From Geobacteraceae bacterium (GTDB taxonomy: Bacteria; Desulfobacterota; Desulfuromonadia; Geobacterales; Pseudopelobacteraceae): 64,000 nucleotides of DNA. Of this stretch, positions 20,104 to 30,050 are shown piece after piece. The DNA is taken from positions 13,524 to 77,523 of the forward strand of contig DAINBV010000012.1 of assembly GCA_036732725.1 (NCBI GenBank). Direction: 5' to 3'. The position numbers were made by a program, and so were the translations under genes. Position 1 is the stretch's first letter. The number at the start of each line of letters is the position of its first letter. A model generated the notes under the pieces. It ran no database searches. It was not told the DNA's origin and saw only the letters and a list, made by a program, of their open reading frames with translations.

Positions 20104-20868
20104 ATGAAAAAAGAGATCAGAGTGTTCATTCTGGCAGCAATTTACATCCTGGTGAGCGCTACAATGCTGCTGGCAGCAGAAACATCACCGGTAATACTTT
20201 TCGACCAAGGGCATGGGCAACGATTTCTGATTCAGGAGAAGGGGGAGCTGCACCTCTCCTCGCTGGCTGATATGGTGCTGGCCGCTGATGGCAAGGTGGT
20301 GGCATCCAGCTCGGCGCTTACCCCGGTAACCCTCTCCAAGGTAGCCGCAGTGGTCATATCGGGACCATTTGCCCCATACTCAGCCGATGAAATCGAGGCA
20401 TTGCTCCGCTTCATGGATGCCGGTGGCCGGGTTGTCTGCATGCTGCACATCGGTCAACCGTTGGCAGACCTGCTGCATCGCCTTGATATCGACATCTCCA
20501 ACGCCGTGCTGCACGAACGCCATAACATCATCGAGAAAGATATCAATTTCCAGGTCAAGGAGCTGTCGCAATCAGCGCTGTTGCAGGGGGTTCCGTCTTT
20601 TTCCCTCTACGGCGGCTGGGCGCTCAATCCCGGCGAAAAAGTGCAAAGCCTTGCCCGCACCTCCAGTGAAGCATGGGTCGATCTGGATGGGGACAAACAG
20701 TTTTCGGAAGGTGACGCCAGCATGGCTTTTTCAGTGGTGGTGGCAGGCAAGCAGGGCAAGGGCAGTTTTATGGTGTTTGGCGACGACGCCATTTTCCAGA
20801 ATCGCTATCTTGATGCCAACAACCAAGCCTTGGCCCGTAACCTGGTGACATGGTTGCTGGGAAAATAG
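20104..20868 (+). CDS. Secreted DUF4350-like (class-I glutamine-amidotransferase-like fold) protein
   Basis: Signal peptide MKKEIRVFILAAIYILVSATMLLA. Motifs ILFDQGHGQ...VVISGP...ADEIEALLRFMDAGGRVV and FGDDAIFQN are typical of DUF4350/GldG-like modules. RBS AGGAG lies 7 nt before ATG 20104. Confidence 0.5.
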   Translation: MKKEIRVFILAAIYILVSATMLLAAETSPVILFDQGHGQRFLIQEKGELHLSSLADMVLAADGKVVASSSALTPVTLSKVAAVVISGPFAPYSADEIEALLRFMDAGGRVVCMLHIGQPLADLLHRLDIDISNAVLHERHNIIEKDINFQVKELSQSALLQGVPSFSLYGGWALNPGEKVQSLARTSSEAWVDLDGDKQFSEGDASMAFSVVVAGKQGKGSFMVFGDDAIFQNRYLDANNQALARNLVTWLLGK

Positions 20869-20913
20869 TTTTCAGCACTGAGCACTCATTACGGCAGCTT
20901 GCAACTTCCGTTT

Positions 20914-21888
20914 TTATTTCCCCAAGAGCCGCTGGTAATCAGCATCCGTAACGCCGGTATGCCAATGACCAGCGGCTTTTCCAATCCCGGTTCCTCCCCA
21001 GAAGATCACCAGCAGCAACGTGGCATACACAAAACCGATATAACGAAACCGCCCGGCAAAACGCATGGAAAGAGCCTGATTGAAGCGGCAATGACTGACA
21101 CAGCGCCAGCACCCGATACATTCCGGTGAGGCTACGCTGGTTTTGTGCATTACATCGATATGGGTCGGACAAAGTTGGCTGCACATGCCACATGAGACAC
21201 AGCGCTCGCGATCGCGGGTCACCCTGGTGGGCGATCCGATCGCCACCAGGCCGAGCAGCGCTCCGTAAGGGCAGAGATAACGGCAAAAGGGGTTTTTGAC
21301 AAGCAGCGAGAGCAGAATCAACAACAGCACGGTCACACCAACGGTCGGGGTAAGGTGTAAAAAGAAATCGAGCAGCCGTACATCAGCTATGCGGTGATAA
21401 TCGGAATGGATAAATGCCTGACGGCTAACAGCGGACATGGTCACGCCAATGGAATAGATAAAAAAAACGAGCAGCAGGTACTTGATCCCCCGCAGTCCGG
21501 TGTCAAGCCAGGCCGGCGGACGCAGATTCCGCTTGAACAGTTTGAATCCAAGCTTCCAGAGCAGTTCCGAAAAGGTTGCCACCGGACAGATCCAGGAGCA
21601 GAAAGAGCGCCGCAGGAGAAAGGAGAGCAACAGTACCGTCAGTAGAATCACCGTTGCCGCCGGATGTACCGGATTGATCCCCTCTCCCCGCAGCCAGGAC
21701 GCGACGCCGAGCAGACCGGAAATGGGAAGGTACGCTTCAACACCATCGGGATGAGGGAATGGCGCCGACATACCGCCTGACCGAAAATGCTGCACGAACA
21801 GATAGAGTCGCGCACCGAGCCAGAGGGACAATAGCAGAAACAGAAACTGGACTCCAATCCTGAGCGGTTGCATATAGCGGGCAGACAT
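20914..21888 (-). CDS. Membrane-bound 4Fe-4S ferredoxin-type protein (NapH/MauN/YccM-like)
   Basis: Multiple TM helices, with CSWICPVATF and FCRYLCPYGALLG motifs plus two CxxCxxC-type clusters (CVSCGMCSQLCP, CIGCWRCVSHC). Confidence 0.75.
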   Translation of the reverse strand: MSARYMQPLRIGVQFLFLLLSLWLGARLYLFVQHFRSGGMSAPFPHPDGVEAYLPISGLLGVASWLRGEGINPVHPAATVILLTVLLLSFLLRRSFCSWICPVATFSELLWKLGFKLFKRNLRPPAWLDTGLRGIKYLLLVFFIYSIGVTMSAVSRQAFIHSDYHRIADVRLLDFFLHLTPTVGVTVLLLILLSLLVKNPFCRYLCPYGALLGLVAIGSPTRVTRDRERCVSCGMCSQLCPTHIDVMHKTSVASPECIGCWRCVSHCRFNQALSMRFAGRFRYIGFVYATLLLVIFWGGTGIGKAAGHWHTGVTDADYQRLLGK

Positions 21889-21985
21889 GTTGCTCCTGTT
21901 TTACGGAATATACTGAAACGGCAGTTGTACGTACCAACGTTACACCAGCACGAATGGAGATACCTTACAACTGCCGGCTCCTGCT

Positions 21986-23404
21986 TTATTCAACTTTCAT
22001 GGCCACATAATGAATGCTCCCATCGGGGCGCCGTAACAGCAATCGCACCACATCCCCTTTTTTCAGAGCAGCGATAATGGCGTTAAAGGCGATCACCGTT
22101 TGCGGGCGTTTGCCGTTAATTTCGATAATCAACGACCCGGCGGTAACACCAACCTCTTCCGATGCGCTTCCCGGTTTGACCGCGGTGATAACAATACCTT
22201 TGGTATCACGAATGCCAAGCTGTTCAGCGGTTTCCTTGTTCAACTCTTGCACCGCAAGACCGAGTTTCTCATTATCTTTGGCCTCATCGCCACTGGCAGC
22301 GGCGCCCTGGCCATCCTTCAGGGTCCCGACGGTCAAGACAACCTCCTGCATTTTCCCCTCCCGGAAAATGCCCAATTTCACTTTTTTATCCACCGGCGTG
22401 GTAGCAACAACGCGGGGGAGTTCACTCCCTTCGTTAATCGGCTTGCCATCAAAGGTCAGGATTACATCGCCAGCCTTCAAACCGGCCTTTTCAGCCGGCG
22501 TCTCTTTTTCCACACTGGCGATCAAGGCGCCTTTATCCGACTCCAGGCCAAATGATTTTGCCAGATCCATGGTCAGCGGCTGGAAGCGAACACCGATGTA
22601 GCCGCGGGTCACCTTGCCGGAATCACGCAACTGGGAAACCACATTTTTGGCCATGCTGACCGGTATGGCAAAGCCGATTCCTCCGCCACCACCGGCAATG
22701 ATGGCAGTATTGATACCAACCACCCGCCCCTGGGAGTCGAAGAGCGGACCACCCGAATTCCCCGGATTGATCGATGCATCGGTCTGAATAAAATCATCGT
22801 AGGGACCGCTACCGATCACACGTCCTTTGGCGCTGACAATACCGGCGGTCACCGTATGGGAAAGCCCGAACGGATTACCGATTGCCATCACCCATTCTCC
22901 CACCTCCAGCTTATCGCTGTCACCCAGTTCGGCGTAGGGGAGTTTTTCTTTTTCGTTCAATTTCAGTAATGCCAGATCAATCTTTTCATCAACCCCCTTG
23001 ATTTCCGCTTTCAGTTCACGCCCATCGGAGAGCTTGACCATCACCTCGTCGGCGCCATTGACCACATGGTTGTTGGTCAGCAGATAGCCATCGCTGCTGA
23101 TGATAAAGCCGGTGCCGAGACTCTGTTCGCGACGCGGACGCTGCTGTGGCGTTTCATCGAAAAAACGGTTGAAAAAATCATCCATGAAATTGTTGCCGAA
23201 CGGGTTCTGCTGGCGATGCAGCTGCCGTTGCTTCGGCTTGATACGTTTGGCGGTGCGGATATTGACAACGGTGGGATTGAGCTTTTTAGCCAGCTCCACG
23301 AAATCGGGACTGATCGGTTTGGCAAGAACAGCTGTGGGAAGGGACCATGAGACAAACAGCATGACAACCAGACAACAGACAACTGCGGCAGTACGACGTG
23401 ACAT
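21986..23404 (-). CDS. htrA: Do/DegP/HtrA-family periplasmic serine protease with two PDZ domains
   Basis: Catalytic GNSGGPL, His region TNNHVV, two PDZ-like repeats. ATG 23404 with AGGAGG RBS gives signal peptide MSRRTAAVVCCLVVMLFVSWSLPTAVLA. Confidence 0.9.
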   Translation of the reverse strand: MSRRTAAVVCCLVVMLFVSWSLPTAVLAKPISPDFVELAKKLNPTVVNIRTAKRIKPKQRQLHRQQNPFGNNFMDDFFNRFFDETPQQRPRREQSLGTGFIISSDGYLLTNNHVVNGADEVMVKLSDGRELKAEIKGVDEKIDLALLKLNEKEKLPYAELGDSDKLEVGEWVMAIGNPFGLSHTVTAGIVSAKGRVIGSGPYDDFIQTDASINPGNSGGPLFDSQGRVVGINTAIIAGGGGGIGFAIPVSMAKNVVSQLRDSGKVTRGYIGVRFQPLTMDLAKSFGLESDKGALIASVEKETPAEKAGLKAGDVILTFDGKPINEGSELPRVVATTPVDKKVKLGIFREGKMQEVVLTVGTLKDGQGAAASGDEAKDNEKLGLAVQELNKETAEQLGIRDTKGIVITAVKPGSASEEVGVTAGSLIIEINGKRPQTVIAFNAIIAALKKGDVVRLLLRRPDGSIHYVAMKVE

Positions 23405-23552
23405 TGGGCAACCTCCTGAATACGTTGTATGAGATCCATTCATCGCGTAAGAGCGAAGAACAAGGGCGGGTCGCCGGACTTCGGCAACCCGCCCTGTCAT
23501 ACAAAATTATGCAGTCAACGGTAAAATGTCAACCCCTGACATGATGCGGAAA

Positions 23553-24224
23553 CTAACCTTCTTTCAGTACATACCCCTGACCACGCACCGTATGGATCAG
23601 GCGGACGTCATGTCCACGGTCAATTTTCTTACGCAGGTAGTTGACATACACATCAATGATATTGGTGAAACTGTCAAACTCATAATCCCACACGTGGTCG
23701 GCAATCATTTTTCGGGAGAGCACGTTACCGGCATTGCGCACCAGATATGACAGCAAACCGTATTCCTTGGAGGTCAGATCGATGTCCTGGCCAGCACGGG
23801 TTACTTTGTGGGTAACCGGATCAAGCACCAGGTCGGCAAACACCAGGTGTGCGCCACGATCATAACTGCCGCGACGCAGCAGCGAACGAACGCGGGCGGT
23901 CAGTTCTTCAAACGCGAACGGCTTGGTGATGTAGTCGTCGGAACCGGCATCCAGCCCGGCAATGATGTCGTCGGTAGTGTTCTTGGCGGTCAGCATCAAT
24001 ACCGGAATATGATTATCCGCTTCGCGCAGCTCGCGCACCAATGTCAAGCCATCCTTTTTAGGAAGCATGACATCGGTTACCAACAGATCATACTTGCTTT
24101 CTTTCATCTTTTTCAGTCCATCATTGCCATCATGGGCAACAATAATTTCGTGCCCCTCTTCTTCCAGCCCTTTTTTTACAAATGTAGCTACTTTTTTGTC
24201 ATCTTCCACAACCAGAATTCTCAT
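23553..24224 (-). CDS. OmpR/PhoB-family response regulator (REC + winged helix)
   Basis: MRILVVEDD...DLLVTDVMLPKKDG. C-terminal LT.KEY.LL..L......V.SR and RGQGY. Confidence 0.9.
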   Translation of the reverse strand: MRILVVEDDKKVATFVKKGLEEEGHEIIVAHDGNDGLKKMKESKYDLLVTDVMLPKKDGLTLVRELREADNHIPVLMLTAKNTTDDIIAGLDAGSDDYITKPFAFEELTARVRSLLRRGSYDRGAHLVFADLVLDPVTHKVTRAGQDIDLTSKEYGLLSYLVRNAGNVLSRKMIADHVWDYEFDSFTNIIDVYVNYLRKKIDRGHDVRLIHTVRGQGYVLKEG

Positions 24225-24268
24225 AAGACCTTCTCCTCGTTTTTATATTCTACGGTAGTGATGCGCAC

Positions 24269-25078
24269 TTAACGCAGCTGGTTTTCCATACGTCGCATGA
24301 TATCGGACGCCGACTCCTCGATTGATTTATTGGTAACATTGATCACCATCCACTCGGGGTGGCGGCGGTATAACTTTTTGCACTCGCTCAATTCATCCTC
24401 CACCTGCTGGTATTCGGCATAACTTGAGCGCGTGCTCTGCCCCATGGTAATCAGGCGGTTCGTACGAATTTCTACCAGACGCTTCGGATCAATAATCAAG
24501 GCGACAATCCGGCTCTGATCAATTTGGAACAGCTCCTCGGGAGGATCAATCCCCTTGACCAGCGGCACATTGGCAACCTTGTACCCCTTATGTGCCAGAT
24601 ACATGGAGAGCGGTGTTTTTGAACAGCGGGAAACACCGACCAGCACCAGATCTGCCCGGTGCAGATAACGGGTTTCCTGACCATCATCATGCTTGACCGT
24701 AAAATTAACCGCCTCGACCCGTTTGTGGTAATCGGTATCAATGCGATGCAGCAACCCCGGCTTGGCCTGGGAGGTGGAACCAAGATAACGCGACAGGCTG
24801 TAGATCAGGCCACTCAGCAGATCAATGGTTACCAGCCCGTGTTCTTCCGCCATCCGCTCGACCGTTTCCGCCAGATGCGGATCGACCAGTGTATAGGCGA
24901 TCAAACCCGGTTCGTGAAAGGCAACGTTGAGCGCTTCATGAATATCATCCTGATTGCGAATCTGACACAGACGCTGAATACGCACATCCTGTTCGTAAAA
25001 CTGTGACAGAGCGGCGCGAATTACCCGCTCCGCTGTTTCACCGGTGGAATCGGAAACAACATAAATGATGCGATTCAT
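24269..25078 (-). CDS. ppsR: Pyruvate,water dikinase regulatory protein (PEP synthase kinase/pyrophosphorylase, DUF299)
   Basis: IYVVSDSTGETAE N-terminus and P-loop-like LVGVSRCSKTPLSMYLA. Confidence 0.85.
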   Translation of the reverse strand: MNRIIYVVSDSTGETAERVIRAALSQFYEQDVRIQRLCQIRNQDDIHEALNVAFHEPGLIAYTLVDPHLAETVERMAEEHGLVTIDLLSGLIYSLSRYLGSTSQAKPGLLHRIDTDYHKRVEAVNFTVKHDDGQETRYLHRADLVLVGVSRCSKTPLSMYLAHKGYKVANVPLVKGIDPPEELFQIDQSRIVALIIDPKRLVEIRTNRLITMGQSTRSSYAEYQQVEDELSECKKLYRRHPEWMVINVTNKSIEESASDIMRRMENQLR

Positions 25079-25239
25079 TTTTTCTGTAGCCCCACACGCA
25101 CTTAAGAAATGGCGTTAAGATACAATTTCTAATGAGGATTAAAATCCAGCGGTAATATTTTGTCAAGGTTTTTATTGCCAGCAGCAAACGAATCTGCTAA
25201 CCTCTTGAACTTACATACTTATAGATTGGATGGTGACCG

Positions 25240-26169
25240 ATGAATCAGCACTGGTTTGAAGTTTCATGCATAATTCCCGCACAACTTACCGATATTGTAG
25301 CAGAACAACTGGCAACTATTTCCGGCAGCGGCGTCTGCACCGAGAACCTGCAGGTTGATGCCTTTTCCCCCTCCGAAATTCCCCAGGCCCCGCTGATTTC
25401 CGTCAAATCCTATTTCCATGAAGCGCCGGAGAACAGTACCTACCTGGCCGAAATCGAACGTTTCCTGCAACAACTGGCAGAGAGAGAGCCGGATTTTCAC
25501 TACGTAGCACCGACGGTAACCACCGTTAAGACCGAAGACTGGAGCAACAGCTGGAAAGTCAACTTCAAGCCACTCAGGGTCGGTAAACGGCTGTTGATCG
25601 TCCCGTCGTGGGAAGAGGTGCACCAGCAGGACGGTGATTGTGTGCTGCGCATTGATCCGGGCATGGCATTTGGAACCGGAGGACACGACACGACCCGGCT
25701 CTGCCTGGAACTGCTGGAAGAAATCATGGACAACTCACCAACCCTGACCGTTCCCTCGCTGCTTGACCTGGGAACCGGCTCGGGCATCCTGGCCATGGCT
25801 GCCGTCGGTCTGGGATGCGGCCAGGTATGGGCAGTGGACATCGACCCGGAAGCAGTGGAGGTCGCCCGTGAAAACATGGCCATCAACGAACTGGCCGATC
25901 AGATCCGCTGCGACACCACACCACTGGAATCCATGACCGGCAAGTTTGACATTATTCTGGCCAATATCCTGGCAGAAGAACTGGTTCGCCTCGCCCCGCA
26001 ACTGATCGAACGGCTGGAGGAGGGGGGGCATCTGGTGCTCTCCGGCATACTGTCGGAAAAGGAAACCTTGGTACGGGACGGCTTCCACCCCTATCCGCTG
26101 ACGTTCAAGGAAACACGCCACTCGGGAGAATGGGTGGCGCTGCATTACGTCAAGGTTGCCACTCCATGA
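25240..26169 (+). CDS. prmA: Ribosomal protein L11 methyltransferase
   Basis: IDPGMAFGTGGHDTT, SAM motif LDLGTGSGILA, ILANIL. Confidence 0.9.
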   Translation: MNQHWFEVSCIIPAQLTDIVAEQLATISGSGVCTENLQVDAFSPSEIPQAPLISVKSYFHEAPENSTYLAEIERFLQQLAEREPDFHYVAPTVTTVKTEDWSNSWKVNFKPLRVGKRLLIVPSWEEVHQQDGDCVLRIDPGMAFGTGGHDTTRLCLELLEEIMDNSPTLTVPSLLDLGTGSGILAMAAVGLGCGQVWAVDIDPEAVEVARENMAINELADQIRCDTTPLESMTGKFDIILANILAEELVRLAPQLIERLEEGGHLVLSGILSEKETLVRDGFHPYPLTFKETRHSGEWVALHYVKVATP

Positions 26170-26912
26170 GTGGCCGCCGGTTCATGATCCGGGCCCGCGC
26201 AATTAAAGACGGATATGCCACCTTTGATGGCGAACTTTTCAACCACATTGTCCGCGTTTTGCGCCTGACAACCGGTGAACGGCTGACACTGGTGGATGAA
26301 CACGGTTCGGAGCACTACGGAATCATCGACCAGACCGGCCGGGATTGGGTGGTGGTGCGAATTGTCGCCACCCAGCAGGAAGTGGAACCGGAGTCTGCAG
26401 CGCCGCAGATCACCGTCTGCCAGGCGCTCCCCAAGGGAGACAAAATTGACTTCATCCTGCAGAAGGGAACCGAACTGGGGGTACACGATTTCCGTATTTT
26501 CGGTGGTACGCGCTCGATTGTTCGCCTGCGGGAAGAAAAGCAGGGCTCGCGGCTGGAACGCTGGAACCGGATCACGGCCGAAGCAAGCCGCCAATCGGGC
26601 CGCAGAGCGGTTCCCGGCGTCAGTTGGCACAACAATGCTGCGCAGCTCGCCACGTCCCTCAACCACCCGTTGCGACTGTTACTGTGGGAATCGGAGCACG
26701 AATCGCGCCTGAAGACACTTCTCGCCAACCTGCCCCAACCGGCCAGCATCTGTCTTGCCATCGGCCCTGAAGGCGGATTCGACCGGTCTGAGGCCGGGTT
26801 GTTGATTGCCAACGGTTTCCAACCGGTTACACTGGGAAAACGAATCATGCGCACCGAAACCGCAGCGCTTGCTACTGTCGCTATTTTACAGTATATATGG
26901 GGTGATATTTGA
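26166..26912 (+). CDS. rsmE: 16S rRNA (uracil1498-N3)-methyltransferase
   Basis: RFMIRA...HIVRVLRL N-terminal PUA-like region. C-terminal AIGPEGGF...LG.RI.R.ETA SPOUT knot. ATGA overlap with prmA. Confidence 0.85.
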   Translation: MSGRRFMIRARAIKDGYATFDGELFNHIVRVLRLTTGERLTLVDEHGSEHYGIIDQTGRDWVVVRIVATQQEVEPESAAPQITVCQALPKGDKIDFILQKGTELGVHDFRIFGGTRSIVRLREEKQGSRLERWNRITAEASRQSGRRAVPGVSWHNNAAQLATSLNHPLRLLLWESEHESRLKTLLANLPQPASICLAIGPEGGFDRSEAGLLIANGFQPVTLGKRIMRTETAALATVAILQYIWGDI

Positions 26913-26928
26913 ACCGGAGGAGAACGCG

Positions 26929-27537
26929 ATGAAATGCCCGAAATGCGGATACAACAGTTTTGAAGACAACAATGCATGTCCCAAATGCGCCGCAGACCTG
27001 ACCGGTTTCAAAGGAACATTCGGACTGACACCGCTCCTCTTTTCCCAGACCAACCGGATTGCCATGGCGCAGGAATTGATGAGTTCCCTGCAGTCAGAGG
27101 TGCATGGTGAAGAAGCAGAAGCGGCAACCGACATGTTTGCCTTTGACCTGCCGGATGATACGCCGGCAACTCCGGCCAACATCGCCGCCAATGATGATCC
27201 CTTCAACTTTGACGAGACCCCCCCGGCAGTCAGCGGGAGCAATGAGTTTTCATTTGATGACGAGCCAGCCAGTGCCGCGGATGATCCGTTTGCCTCACTT
27301 TTGGAATCGACCTCACAGGCGGAAAACGACCCGTTTGCCGGTTTGTCCGCCCCCCCACAACCGGCGCCGGTCGCACCACCGGCACCAAGCGCGGCAGGCG
27401 AATTCGATCTCAACAATTTTTCCTGGGACGACACACCGGCAGCTGCGCCGGCAGCCACAACCACTACCGCCAGCACGCCGATCGAGGATGATTTTGATTC
27501 ACTGTTTGGCGACACTGACACTGCAGCCAAAAAGTAG
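26929..27537 (+). CDS. Zinc-ribbon protein with long acidic, DPF/DDF-repeat C-terminal tail
   Basis: MKCPKCGYNSFEDNNACPKCAADL (CxxC-x13-CxxC). The rest is low-complexity acidic sequence with repeated D-(D/N)-P-F and F-D/W-D motifs. RBS GGAGGAG precedes ATG 26929. Confidence 0.6.
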   Translation: MKCPKCGYNSFEDNNACPKCAADLTGFKGTFGLTPLLFSQTNRIAMAQELMSSLQSEVHGEEAEAATDMFAFDLPDDTPATPANIAANDDPFNFDETPPAVSGSNEFSFDDEPASAADDPFASLLESTSQAENDPFAGLSAPPQPAPVAPPAPSAAGEFDLNNFSWDDTPAAAPAATTTTASTPIEDDFDSLFGDTDTAAKK

Positions 27538-27631
27538 TCTTCATCTGGCTACATTCTAACGTACCAAGGCCCGCTCTCTCCGTCCCCCTGTCCGATGAGC
27601 GGGCTTTGACATATCATCTCCGGAGCATCCC

Positions 27632-29488
27632 GTGTCGCAACGTATCAGCATACTTCCCGAAACCATCACCAATAAAATTGCCGCCGGTGAAGTGGTGGAA
27701 CGCCCCGCTTCAGTCATCAAGGAATTGCTGGAAAACAGTCTGGATGCCGGCGCCAGCGAAATTTCCGTAGAGGTCGTGGCAGGCGGTCGCCGTCTGATCC
27801 GCATCAGCGACAATGGGCACGGCATGTCCCGGGACGACGCCCTGCTCTGCCTGGAACGGCATGCCACCAGCAAGATCCGTCAGGAAAGCGACCTGGACGG
27901 TATCCTGACCCTCGGCTTTCGCGGTGAAGCACTTCCCTCCATCGCCTCGGTATCACGATTCCGGCTGGCAACCCGTGAGCGGGAAAGCCTGGAAGGAGTG
28001 GAAATCAATGTTGAGGGTGGGAAGGTCCGCGACGTCAAAGCGTGCGGTATGGCGGTTGGAACGGTCATTTCCGTGGAACAACTCTTCTTCAACACCCCGG
28101 CCCGGCTCAAGTTCCTCAAAAGTGCCGAAACCGAAAACGGACATATCGCCGATGTGGTCACCCGCATGGCTGTCTCCCGCCCCGATGTCGCTTTCTCCCT
28201 GACCATGGACACCAAAGCGACCATCACCACCCACCGGGGTGACCTGTTGAGACGCCTGGGGCAGTGTGTAGGAAAAGAGAGCATCACCAGGTTGTACGAA
28301 GTGGCTGCTGACAGCGAACCGACCTCAATCCACGGCTATATTTCTTCGCCAATGCTGGCACGTTCCAACAACGCCGCACTCTACACCTACATTAACGGTC
28401 GTTTTGTACGTGACAAGGTGGTACAGCACGCCATCATGCAGGCCTACCGTGGTGTACTGGATCGTGGACGTTATCCGGTGGTGGCGCTCAACATTACCCT
28501 CCCGGCCGGTGAGGTTGATGTGAACGTCCATCCGACCAAGCATGAAGTACGCTTTCGCCGGCAGGGAGCGGTGCATGATTTCATTCAACAGGCGATCGAA
28601 GCGGTACTACGCAGTTCCCCCTGGCTGACTCCACGAGGGACGCCCCCATCAACGACAGTCCAACCGGCAGCCAACCAGGCCCATAAGGAGCGGGTCGCCG
28701 CAGCAGCCCAGACCTATCTGACGCTACCTCCCCGCTCTGATCAAAACCTTGACAGGCTCTCTGCTTCCCACATGGCTGAACAACGCACGCCCCCCCAGCC
28801 AGCCACTGTTCCGTCACCGTCCGGATTACAAGTTCCCCAGGCCGTCACGGTTGCCGAACCGCCCCAAACGTTTCAGCCGGATAACAGACCGACAAGTGTG
28901 CCCGGCTATTTTTCCCGTCTGGCCACCATCGGCCAGTTTCATGGCGAATATCTGCTCTGCCAGGCAGGGGAAGAGTTGGTGATCATTGATCAGCACGCGG
29001 CCAGCGAACGAGTTGCCTTTCAACGCCTGCGGCAACAGTTCCACCAGAGCGGTGTCGAACGCCAGACCCTGCTGTTTCCCGAGACTCTGGAGCTTTCCCA
29101 CAGCGAAGTTGCAGCGGCAGAGCGCTTCCATGACCAGTTGTTGGCCTTCGGCTTCGAACTGGAGCCGTTCGGCGGGGGGACGCTGCTGATGACCGCTGTG
29201 CCGCATCTGGTGGCAGAGCGTGGCGCCGCCCAGCTATTACGGGATCTCATCAACGACCTTGAGAGCATGGGGAAGAGCGCCGCTTTTCAGGAAGCGGAGG
29301 ATCGACTGCTGGCCCGCATCGCCTGTCATTCTGTGGTACGCGGTTTTCACCCCCTGGAAGAACGCCAGATCCGGGAATTGTTGCGTTCCATGGATGCCAC
29401 CGATTTTGCCGCCAGCTGTCCCCACGGTCGCCCGGTTTCCCACGTAATAACACTGCACGAGCTGGAAAAGATCTTCAACCGGGTATGA
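27632..29488 (+). CDS. mutL: DNA mismatch repair protein MutL
   Basis: GHKL ATPase N-terminus IAAGEVVERPASVIKELLENSLDAGA, DNGHGM, GFRGEAL. Also has the C-terminal dimerisation/endonuclease domain. GTG start. Confidence 0.95.
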   Translation: MSQRISILPETITNKIAAGEVVERPASVIKELLENSLDAGASEISVEVVAGGRRLIRISDNGHGMSRDDALLCLERHATSKIRQESDLDGILTLGFRGEALPSIASVSRFRLATRERESLEGVEINVEGGKVRDVKACGMAVGTVISVEQLFFNTPARLKFLKSAETENGHIADVVTRMAVSRPDVAFSLTMDTKATITTHRGDLLRRLGQCVGKESITRLYEVAADSEPTSIHGYISSPMLARSNNAALYTYINGRFVRDKVVQHAIMQAYRGVLDRGRYPVVALNITLPAGEVDVNVHPTKHEVRFRRQGAVHDFIQQAIEAVLRSSPWLTPRGTPPSTTVQPAANQAHKERVAAAAQTYLTLPPRSDQNLDRLSASHMAEQRTPPQPATVPSPSGLQVPQAVTVAEPPQTFQPDNRPTSVPGYFSRLATIGQFHGEYLLCQAGEELVIIDQHAASERVAFQRLRQQFHQSGVERQTLLFPETLELSHSEVAAAERFHDQLLAFGFELEPFGGGTLLMTAVPHLVAERGAAQLLRDLINDLESMGKSAAFQEAEDRLLARIACHSVVRGFHPLEERQIRELLRSMDATDFAASCPHGRPVSHVITLHELEKIFNRV

Positions 29489-29567
29489 GATCAATCACTC
29501 TAAATCCGGCAATTGAAAGCTACCATCTTCAGGAGAACCGATTCACTTCAAGCGAGAGGAGCACGCC

Positions 29568-30050
29568 ATGAATTTCAACCACTTCAATCCCCAGGGAGAC
29601 GCCATCATGGTGGACGTCAGTCACAAGCAGCCGACCATGCGCAGCGCGATTGCCGAGGCATTGGTACAGATGTCACCGGAACTTCTGGCGGACATCGGCA
29701 CTGCTTCGATCGCCAAAGGAGACGTACTGGGGGTGGCGCGACTGGCAGGAATCCAGGCCGTCAAACGGACGCCGGAACTGATCCCCCTCTCCCACCCGCT
29801 TGCCATACACCATGTGAGTGTTGATTTTGCAAGCGAGGCAGAAACGGGCAGCATCAGAATCCGCTGTACCGTGCGGGCCTTTGAGCGCACCGGCGTGGAA
29901 ATGGAAGCGATGACCGGCGCCGCAGTGACAGCACTGACCGTGTATGACATGTGCAAGGGGGCGGATAAGTCAATCCGGATCGGAACAATTCAACTGTTAT
30001 TCAAGGAAGGGGGCAAAAGCGGTCTCTACCAACGGGAGGGGCAACCATGA
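29568..30050 (+). CDS. moaC: Cyclic pyranopterin monophosphate synthase
   Basis: MVDVSHK, KGDVLGVARLAGIQA.K.T..LIPL.H, EMEAMT...ALT.YDM.K. Confidence 0.9.
   Translation: MNFNHFNPQGDAIMVDVSHKQPTMRSAIAEALVQMSPELLADIGTASIAKGDVLGVARLAGIQAVKRTPELIPLSHPLAIHHVSVDFASEAETGSIRIRCTVRAFERTGVEMEAMTGAAVTALTVYDMCKGADKSIRIGTIQLLFKEGGKSGLYQREGQP

Noticed and set aside
29489-29567. Possible Moco riboswitch upstream of moaC
   Set aside because: The 79-nt intergenic region is too short for the roughly 130-nt Moco RNA motif, and I see no matching conserved helices.
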